NCBI GenBank assembly: GCA_002633005.1
Contig: NMRA01000520.1
Span: forward strand, 21,255-83,946
Length of the DNA stretch: 62,692 bases
Direction: 5' to 3'
From: Phoronis australis
Taxonomy: Eukaryota > Animalia > Phoronida
Shown here: piece by piece, positions 53,676 through 62,692 of the stretch
Numbering within the stretch: the first letter of the stretch is position 1
Layout: each line of letters starts with the position of its first letter
Program-made: the position numbers and the translations under genes
The notes under the pieces: model-generated
Told to the model about the DNA's origin: nothing
The model's input: only the letters and a program-made list of their open reading frames with translations
The model's database searches: none

Positions 53676-53751
53676 TGGCGCCATCTTAAACTCTCTTGCG
53701 AACAATCTAGAACTTTGATATCGGGTGTCTTCGACCAGACATTTTGTTCCG
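53676..53751 (-). CDS. Uncharacterised helical protein, exon 4 (3' boundary uncertain)
   Basis: atttacag acceptor, phase 2 fits; GTKCLVEDTRYQSSRLFAREFKMAP; donor GTACAC is weak. Confidence 0.45.
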
Positions 53752-55144
53752 CTGTAAATTACTTTAACTGGTACTCTTGTTGAACAAAAATACACAGATA
53801 TGATGTAGTAAAATTAACCGACAGAGGAGGTTCGATGAGTTAAAACGAAGAAATACAAAGGAAAGTTAAAAGCAGCGGTAGTAATCCATGCGCGCACCCA
53901 ACCTTTCATATGGGTTGGCTCGAATTTCCGACGATGTGGATGTTTCACTAACAAAAAAGCGGGAGGACTTAAAGACACAGGGTACCACATTCAGAGCTGT
54001 GAACTGTGCGTTTACGCCTTTTTAGTGGACTTTTGTCTCGTTTTCCGGACTTCTTGTTTTTCCAAGGCGGACCTTTTTGCCTACTTCGCCAAATGGGGGC
54101 TCTCTGGGTGCGCCATGCAATCACAAGAAAATCACCAACTAACGTTTCTATTTTTGTCACGCTTCACATATGTTCGTCATTACTTACGTCGGTCAACTTA
54201 TCAACTTTCTTCTGACATTTCTCCTGCACGATGTTTCTTTTCACAACTTGCTGAGCAGTTTTTTTACCAGTATCCATGCTCTCTACGCTTCTAAAGAACA
54301 TACAAATAATACATTACTTTTAGGTGATGTCCTACAATAACACTTGGTTTAGCCCCAAAACGTCATAGCCAACTCTCTAACCAGCTTATGACGATGCAGG
54401 TGCAGGTGCAGGTGAACAATTCAAATCTGTTCAAATTATTCTCACTGCAGTACAGCGTACAAGCGCAGGTAGCGTCGGCTGGTGGGTTACAAAAGTTCCA
54501 GACACTTAAAGCTAATGAAACTTTGCCTCCAAATGTAGTTCGGCAATATGACTGCAGAAAGTCTCGGTAGTGAGCAAAAAGGCACGCAGTTAGGACCAAT
54601 TTCAATGGATCACATCCATAAAAAATTTAATTAACATTTCAAACCCGTAATCAATTAATCTTTGCGCTTATTTTAGCCTTTGAAAGGGGTCAAAAGAAGT
54701 CGTCTTGACGTTCGACTTTTAAAGCCGTGAGGGTGGACTACAATGTATGTTAATGATCATGCTCTAGCTCACTTGTTTTTTGATTACCATAACTCTTATG
54801 AAAGAGCAACCTTTCTCCGTAAAATAAACCAAATCGCACAGAATTTTGAATCCTGCACTTTTAAGTATTTACGTGCATTATGTTAATTTGTTCAGTTTTG
54901 AGAAATTAAGGGCTAAACCAGAAAGTCTACTTATTTTGAGCTAATTTAAAGATCGAACTAGGACACTCTCGTTTGACGGTGATTTGGCGAGAATAGCAAC
55001 TTCGTTGTGGGATTTTCTTCAGATATAATCATGGCGTTTCAAGTGAAATTTATGTTGCTAGGCCTACAATTGAGGGGTCCAAGTCTATTTCACTACCATA
55101 ATCAGATAGCAGTTGAACACTGCCATCACTACAATCAAACTTAC

Positions 55145-55265
55145 GACTTGAATACAGCCATCGATCTCTCTGCGTCATATTTCATGAGATCAAGTCTTCT
55201 TTGGAGATCATTTTTCCGTGAGTCCATGAACGTCCAGAATTCTTCGATCGTTTTAGTGTATTGAC
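55145..55265 (-). CDS. Uncharacterised helical protein, exon 3
   Basis: (S)QYTKTIEEFWTFMDSRKNDLQRRLDLMKYDAERSMAVFK(S); ctctcgcag / GTAAGT. Confidence 0.72.
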
Positions 55266-56620
55266 CTGCGAGAGATTGTGAGCAGACATTTTGAAAACAT
55301 TGAATATTTAAGCCTAATGGCATGACTGGTCTTTTCAGTACGTCTACCAGGACTATAAGAAGCTCGGGGATCGCGGGCACGAGCCTTCGGTAATCAGTGC
55401 TGTAGTGGTAAAATTAGATGAAAGTACAGATGCGCTAAAAGCACACCGTTTCACTTTGAGCACTGAACGTAACTTACGGCGTGTAGCCGCTACGTTCAAA
55501 TGTCAAAAGATGGTTGGCTGCGCCTACGCCCCACTACAGCACTGTCTGTAATACTTTTGCAGCCTATTATTGCCGATATTTAGTAGGGCATTTTAAGCTG
55601 TACTAATCCTTGTTGTTAAGCGGAATATGTCCTTGCCCTTCAGTAACTTTCGCATGCACCTTCCTACGACCCTGGTTCGTTAGCAACTGTTTTATTTGTA
55701 GTTCCACATAGACGTCTAGGTCAAAAACAATAACTAAAACCGAATAATTTCATTAAAGGAACATACATGTAAAACTAATGAAGCTACATGATTGATAAAA
55801 GGGATCCAATACTCATCCTTGTTGAAAGCTGTTATACAATTCATGATGCTTCGTGGCTTAATCAACCCACCAAGTATGGCTACCCACGTGGCACTGCAAT
55901 AGGGGCGGTGACGAAATTGCTCGCTAGTAAGAAGGGGACGAGGCGAAGAAATGAAAGAAGGGAGACCATTATCGTCCCGACGCCCTATTTGCCGGAATAC
56001 TTTGCACACTTCGTCGATATGTGAGAGACCGCTGATGCACGCTCCTTAATATGGTTGACACCGTAAAAATTGAGGCTCGTTCCAGGAAACTGGGTTAAGT
56101 TAATTTTTCTTCAAATGGCTATCATTCGTCTTACGTTTTGATACAAGTTAAAACGTAACATTAGTTTGCCTTTGAACAAAGAATTTTGACCTCTAGACCG
56201 ACAGCGTTTCGTAGACCATTCCTCTTTGGAGTTTGAGGTAATAATTTTTTGTGACATATTGTCGCACTAACACATATGATTGTCCTGATGTTGATGGCAT
56301 AGATTGTCGGACTAGGTACTATTGCATATACAGTATATTACCGCCGCGGGTGACAATAAGCGTCGAGTGCGCCAATGTATACGTAAGAGTAGAATGCTCT
56401 GTTCGGGGTGAAGCCACCCTTTCTCCCTGTCAAACTGATTATAATTCGCGGTTGGAATAGCCTTTTCGTTACGGCAAATCCCGAACCACATGGTAACCCT
56501 GTCAAGAGAGTGATTAGTTCTCCATAAAGTCCGTGTTTTGCTGAAAGTAAAAAGTTATTGTACAGTGACCAATTCAGTTTGTCTACATCAAGTCTCTGTA
56601 ATACCCGCGAATATACCCAC

Positions 56621-56754
56621 TTTCTGCCTTGCAGAGCTTCATAGTCTTTTGCTGCCGTCTATCCATTTCTCTTACAAGCCTGTTTACAACTTTTCCCATC
56701 TCCTTACAACACTTCATCTCGGCTTCAAAATACTTGGCAAGGTTGCTCTGAACC
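56621..56754 (-). CDS. Uncharacterised helical protein, exon 2
   Basis: (E)VQSNLAKYFEAEMKCCKEMGKVVNRLVREMDRRQQKTMKLCKAE(S); ttaattacag acceptor, GTGGGT donor phase 1. Confidence 0.7.
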
Positions 56755-57050
56755 CTGTAATTAAAAAGTACTTATGGGATTAACAAATCTGTCTTTGGAA
56801 TAATGGAAAGCAGCGGAATGTCGAATCTTTGCAGTACAGTGAGCGAAAGTACTAGTAGACATTGCTTTAAAATACAAATTGGCAACGTTGTCCGAGTTTT
56901 GAACTGGTACAGTGAATGCAATACTTTTTGTTTTATTGATACATTGTATTATCACAAATTATATACATTGTATATGGAAGACTTGGTAAGGAGTGCGTAA
57001 GAAACAAACATTCTTGTGGCCAGTGCACTCAGTTTGTCAAATTATTAGAA

Positions 57051-57199
<149 letters not shown>

Positions 57200-57356
57200 C
57201 ACTGAATTGGTGCACAATTCTAAACAAATAAACAAAAGGTATCCCGGTAACATCTGCATCTGCAAAAATCAAGTTAGTGTATCAATTTCGACTGTTTTCT
57301 TTGCGAAAAGCCACAGCGCAATGCTGGCTATCTGCTATTTGGAATCAATTACTTAC

Positions 57357-57460
57357 TCTTTTCTGATCTTGAGATCATTAACACGATATTCCATCATATC
57401 TTTGATGATATTAACTGGCAAGTTGCCATACATACTCGAACTACCCTCGGGTTCTGTCAT
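57357..57460 (-). CDS. Uncharacterised helical (F-BAR-like?) protein, exon 1
   Basis: aaaATG; MTEPEGSSSMYGNLPVNIIKDMMEYRVNDLKIRK(E); GA|GTAAGT phase 2 fits next exon. Confidence 0.7.
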
Positions 57461-58779
57461 TTTGGCACCATGAACGTATACCGCAATGCGAGTAACTTTG
57501 GCTATAGCGCTCTCACGAAACAATATGTGACGTGAATGTACTATGACGTCAAAAACAGAGAAACGTTCATCACATTGTTCGTTTTACTTGAAAACTACAA
57601 ACGAGAAATTGATGGTATTGACACCCCTCCTCCGGCAGCCGCCCGTGCAGCCATGATTATCGAGATGAACTATCAATGTCGTAATTTTTTGTGGTGTTTC
57701 ATCAGGTTATAACTAGTGAATATCACAGACAAAAAATGCTACAACCCAGTTACAAGTGATTTCAACGGTTATTAGGGTGTTAAGACTGTAACCGTAGGAG
57801 AAAATGAAAAAAAAAAAACATCCGCACTTCTCACATCTGAAGCCGACCGATTAGTTACTAACTCGGAAGCAAGTCTTGCCGCAAAACACCACCCCTCATC
57901 CACCACAACTCCTTACCATTCCAGTAAATGCCGATTCCATAAAGTCCATCTTCACTTGCGCGCACCCAGCCTAAAATATGGGGGACTCGAATATTCCAGT
58001 ATGTGGACCCTTTACTGCAAACTGAATCGGGGACTAAAAACAAAAAAATGGTTACTACGTTCAGACCTGTTAATTCTACATTTGTGCCGAATTCCTGTTG
58101 ACTTTTGTCTCGTTTTCTCGGACTTTTTATTTGTCTGAGGAGGACCTTTTTATCCACTTCGCCAAATGCGTGGTGTGCTCGTTTGAGCCCCGTAAGACCC
58201 CACTAGTGAGCGCATGCTTCAAGCATACAACTTGTCCCTTACTCATTACATCATCGACGTACTCACTCACAGACTCTGCCTCGACGCGTCTTCCGGCAGC
58301 ATGCTGTAAATAGCCCCGCACAATATTTCGGTTTCAAGCCAAAACGCTGGCTCTTATTTCGTGCGTTCCTGCAGACGTGCATGGGCTGTCATACATCTAT
58401 TGTGGTGATTGCCATTGCCCATTGTACCAGAAATCAATATTTTTTTACTTATTTTAATGTATTTATTATCGTATTCCGTGTACTTGTATTTCCCCAACCT
58501 CGGGGTTTCCTTTTCATCTCTGGAAACGTGCCTGTGACGGACGCAAGTAATTTTGCTTTGGACATGTAGTGATTGTAAAGGGAATTTCACTCGTTATTTA
58601 GCTAAACATGCGTTTTTAACAAACTCTCAGATGTAAGTAACAAAGACAATAACATCCTTGAATCCCAGTGTTTTTTTACATTTTACGCTACCCAGTAGTT
58701 TTAGTTTTCATCGCTCAATTCAGGGTTTGTGAATACAATAAAGTAAAGAAGCGGCCAAGCAGACAGTTCAGCCAGTTAA

Positions 58780-60656
58780 AGTCCATGTCTCAAAATGCCA
58801 ATGTGGTTCCAGTATCCGAAAATACCTACTAAATAAAATAAATTTTCGACACCCTTTCTTTTTATTCTTTTCGCCTTTGGTGCCAAATGCGATTTTAACA
58901 GCATTTGACTCTTCTCTATGAGTGTATAATTGACCTATCGCCAGGATTATGACGGGCGGCTTAATTGACCAATCAGAACGCAGCATTCTTGGCACACCTT
59001 CGTCTGCGTTTCCTAGCCGCCATTCTACCCAACAAAGCACACGTAGTCGAGTAAAACTTACTTTAGCCTATACCTCAAGACATTTTCCGCTAAGAATGGG
59101 GAAACGGTGTTGATACGGCGTGTGTAGCACCGACAGCCGTTATACTGCTCCAGAATAATATCCCGTCATTTTTTGGCATGCCCTAAGCCGAAAAATGATG
59201 TTGAAAAGCGTGAATTATGGATCAAACTGTACGGACACACGAGTAGCTGAACTAAGCCATGTTGCTTGATAACTCGAAGGCTATAATATACACAAAAACA
59301 TTAGTTCCAATATACGCACTTTTCAGCTTGGTGGCTATGGTGCAAGGCTATCTCAGATTTTGTCTCCCGAGTTTTCTACGTCTGCCCGCCTTTGTCTCGG
59401 CACCTGCTGGATCTCAGCACTCCAGCGCCGGTAGTCCCCGGAAATTGTTGTTTTCAAGAACATTTTTATTTTATGTTTTTTTAAATTGATTTCAACATAA
59501 TGAACATTATTTCGTTTCGTATCAGAGGTACATTTTTGTTATTTGCGTTCAACTGAACTTCTCTCCCGGTCAAAACTCAGAGATTCGATCGGCAAAGGGA
59601 AGGGCACTGGATTACTGCCGGAACTCAAAGCCTTGGTCGAGCTGTTGTCACTAAAAATAAACTGTTGACTTTTTGAAGTTTACCTCTACTATACACTATG
59701 TCTGTAGAGTTAAAAAGAGCTCATTTTGAAGTTTTTCAAACATGATATTTAGATTTATGAAGCTTTAAAAAATAATTTGAATTATTTTTGTAAATACCCT
59801 ATTTTTGCAACTACCACACCAGATTTGTAATCTTTTGTAACCATACCACGACTTAGCGATCATGCTACCTTCGAAATTAAATGAAAGCTACCTTTATTGA
59901 ATGCCAAAATACTACAAAAAATGTCAAGTTCATGAGCAGGTAGGCCTAATTTAAATGTCTTAATGGTTCAAACAAACAATTCCATAGGCGGACCTAGGGG
60001 GATGGGGCTGCTTGGCTGCCGCAAGCAAAATGAAACAGCAAGAGCGTGAAGCGTGAGGAAATATTGAGTTCAGTAACTAGGACCGGTAGCGGAAGAGGGG
60101 GGCTCAAACCCCAGATCGCGGCGGAATAGTGTTCCTGTTTTTTTTTTTTAGTCCACCGATAGATTTTCTGAACCGAGGTCCAAAGGTCTACATCCCTGGC
60201 CCCTGCAACTTTCGAGCCGCCTGTGCAAAAACAATCTCACTTTGCCCAATTCCACGAGGCAACATATGTTGGGCCCCCTGTGTTATCCTAGAACCGCCAC
60301 TGAATTCCAGACATTAATTTGACTTAGACGCAGCCCTAGACCTACCGGAGCTAACTGTTTGCCTAGGACGAGATGAGTGTGTACCTGAGCTATGAACCTG
60401 AATTTTTTATCAAAATATTAAAATATTTCGTTACAAGATTAGAAAAGCGTAAACAGTGCTATCGAGTCGACCTAGTCAGAGACTGTAGTGCATGTGTTGT
60501 TTGTAATCTATCACCTACTTTACTCCAGGAGTCATACCAGTTGTGACTTACTTTTCATTTGGCTAAATTTAGCAGACGACAGAATATAACTATCGGTGAA
60601 TCTCAACTGATTTTATTCGAAAGATCATGAAATCTATGGAATCGTATAATTAGACT
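58780..60656 (+). mobile_element. Kolobok-like DNA transposon relic with THAP remnant
   Basis: TTAA|AGTC ... GACT|TTAA ends; MGKRC*YGVCSTDSRY...PKPKNDVEKRELWIKL at 59096-59236; 5' end homologous to 33902-34050. Confidence 0.45.
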
Positions 60657-61003
60657 TTAAGGTACATACCCAGCTTTACATGAACATATCGTATCAGTGG
60701 CCTTGTCATTTGTGAGGTTGAGGCGGCCCCGAGGCCGAAGGGTTCTTCGGATTTTCGCTGGCTCCTCGAGCACTTATTTTTTCATCGTCACATTTACAAA
60801 TTCCCATATTATGAACGTACGATTCTCTGTTGAAAAGAATCGCCCCTTGTCTCTATCGAAGCGTTTTCAAATAGTTCAAACACGCTCATCGATTCCACCA
60901 GGAACGTCGTTTAGCGACAGTGTACTTGCCTCTGACATCTCGTTCGATTGTCGGGTATCACGTGACTTTTCGCGTAGGGGCGGAGCTTGCAATAGGTCAA
61001 TAC

Positions 61004-61635
61004 CGGCTGTCATCGGTTATTTCCGTACCCTCATTTCAGGCTCGTCAGTTCAAGAACTTGTCCTGAACGCCGTCAGTTTTTCCTTGTAACTGTATGTGCT
61101 ATCGCTTGTTCGAAAAGTCTTCATTATTTTGTTTTATTAGTAATAACTTGTGATTCGTTTGTATATGTAGTGTATTTATAATTTTTAGTTAGTTGTCGTT
61201 GTTTTTTTTTTGGAATCATACGCGTACTTATTATGTTAAAATTGCAATTTGGTGTTTAGTTCCTTTCAACCGCCCTACCTAAGGTCCTTACGTACATGTA
61301 CGTAACTTACGTAGCGCGGTCGAACCTAGGAACCAATATAAGTCGAACCAATTTTTTTCGTTTTGATTTTTTTTCGTTTTGAAAAAGTACTTTGCTATCA
61401 TTCTTCTCAGCAAAAATCGAAAAAGTATCACAATGGGGGCAAGCAGTGTAAAGTTAAATAAATGCAATTTTTGTGGAGAAATTTGGGTCACTTTGTGTGG
61501 ATCGCGTAGGCCATGCTGGAGGACAGAGGGATAAGTTACGAGATTAAAACTTTGTGTAAATTGTTTTCGCCAACAATTTACGGCAGCGTCGCAGTTGTTA
61601 CTTATTAAGTCATAAATGTGTTCACAATTCCCGTT
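61004..61635 (+). repeat. Homologue of 34058-34720
   Basis: Shared ggctgtcat.ggttatttccgtacc...tttgaaaaagtactttgctac...gttttcgccaacaatttacgg. Confidence 0.7.
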
Positions 61636-62692
61636 GGACTTGGTCTCATTTCTGGCGACACCGACAACATGGCCACTTTTGCTGAACTGGAAGGCATGTT
61701 CAACCTGTTACTTTGTAATTTGTGCAGATTTAACGTTGATGCATTTTGACAAACGTTGCTACAAAAAGGAACTTTGTTCAACTCTCGTGTTTTTTGGTGC
61801 AAAAATATCAGATATATTTGAATTATTTTACTGTGAATTTCCCATTCTGGCGATCTGACACTCAGCTAAAAAAATTGTTGAAATAATTTTGAAATGTTTT
61901 TATTGTTTGACTGTCAATTGCTGTTTAAGACTTAATTAGATGTCACAAAATTGTTCATATTTTTCTAAATTTTTAGTCTAAATTGCTTTCAAGTCATGTT
62001 TTGTAACTCAATGCTTCTTAATTCAGGTTATCAAGTCAACAAGCTATGTTAGGTTGCGAAGCTTAAAGCCTCCAATTCTTGTTCCTTGCAACTTCATATT
62101 TTTTTAAATCATGCTTGTCAAATTCTGATGTAAGGAAGCACTATTCACCATGGTAATAGTTACATATACATGTATGTCCACCTTCATACCATCGAAACTT
62201 TTGCTGTTGGATAGTGTTTGTAATGCTAAGTGCAAAGTATTTTGCGTTTTAAGTTACTTATTATGGTGAAAGGTTGAATCATTTTGGCTTAATGAATAGA
62301 AAATGATAACATTTTGTATTGGACTTGTCGTACTTATGTGCTCGAACGAGCCCCATATTTGGAGAAATGGAAAAAAGGTCTGCCTCAGTCAGAGAAGCAT
62401 GAACTCCAAAAAAGTAGGAAAGGAGGCAAAATTCCACTAGAAGACAGGAAGTACCAAAATTTAGCGTCTGCTGTTCATAGCTCTGAACATACCCAATGTA
62501 TCTTATAGTAAAAGGTAAACATTCCCAAAAATTCCACCCCCCCATTTTTTAGGCTTGGTGCACTCATACAAAGTCTTGGAAAATTTCTGTTGAAAGCCAA
62601 CAGCTTTGCACAGTTCGCCAGAAAACCCCAAGTTTAAAATGTACCTCGTTTGAGCGAGCGCTGTGTGGGCAGCGACCAGGGTTGCTATGGCT

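Noticed and set aside
55734-56024. ORFs within intron 2 of the uncharacterised gene
   Set aside because: Splice phases do not fit the flanking exons, which join directly in frame

Overview
Eukaryotic, AT-rich, repeat-rich draft-assembly DNA, probably from an invertebrate animal (species not determinable). Two spliced minus-strand genes were rebuilt by hand from GT-AG sites with matching phases. (1) A CRELD-family gene (ATG 27438) with 10 shared exons and two apparent alternative 3' ends: a Lys-rich, two-TM exon (17340-17716; CRELD1-like, 472 aa) and a 23-nt coding exon ending KDEL-stop (13282-13304; CRELD2-like). (2) An uncharacterised ~423-aa gene (57460-51474) with a helical, possibly F-BAR-like N-half and a Ser/Pro-rich tail; its middle junctions are less certain. 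The rest is decayed mobile DNA: a Polinton-type protein-primed PolB relic, THAP remnants, a Kolobok-like TTAA element, two Hero/NeSL-type non-LTR fragments, an Academ element with TIRs and TSD nested in a Penelope-like element, MITEs and microsatellites. TACATGTA micro-insertions recur inside conserved relic motifs and resemble Tc1/mariner excision footprints. Two tandem duplications joined by a single N are probably haplotype-assembly artefacts. Most supplied ORFs are spurious. Family calls rest on remembered motifs, not database searches.
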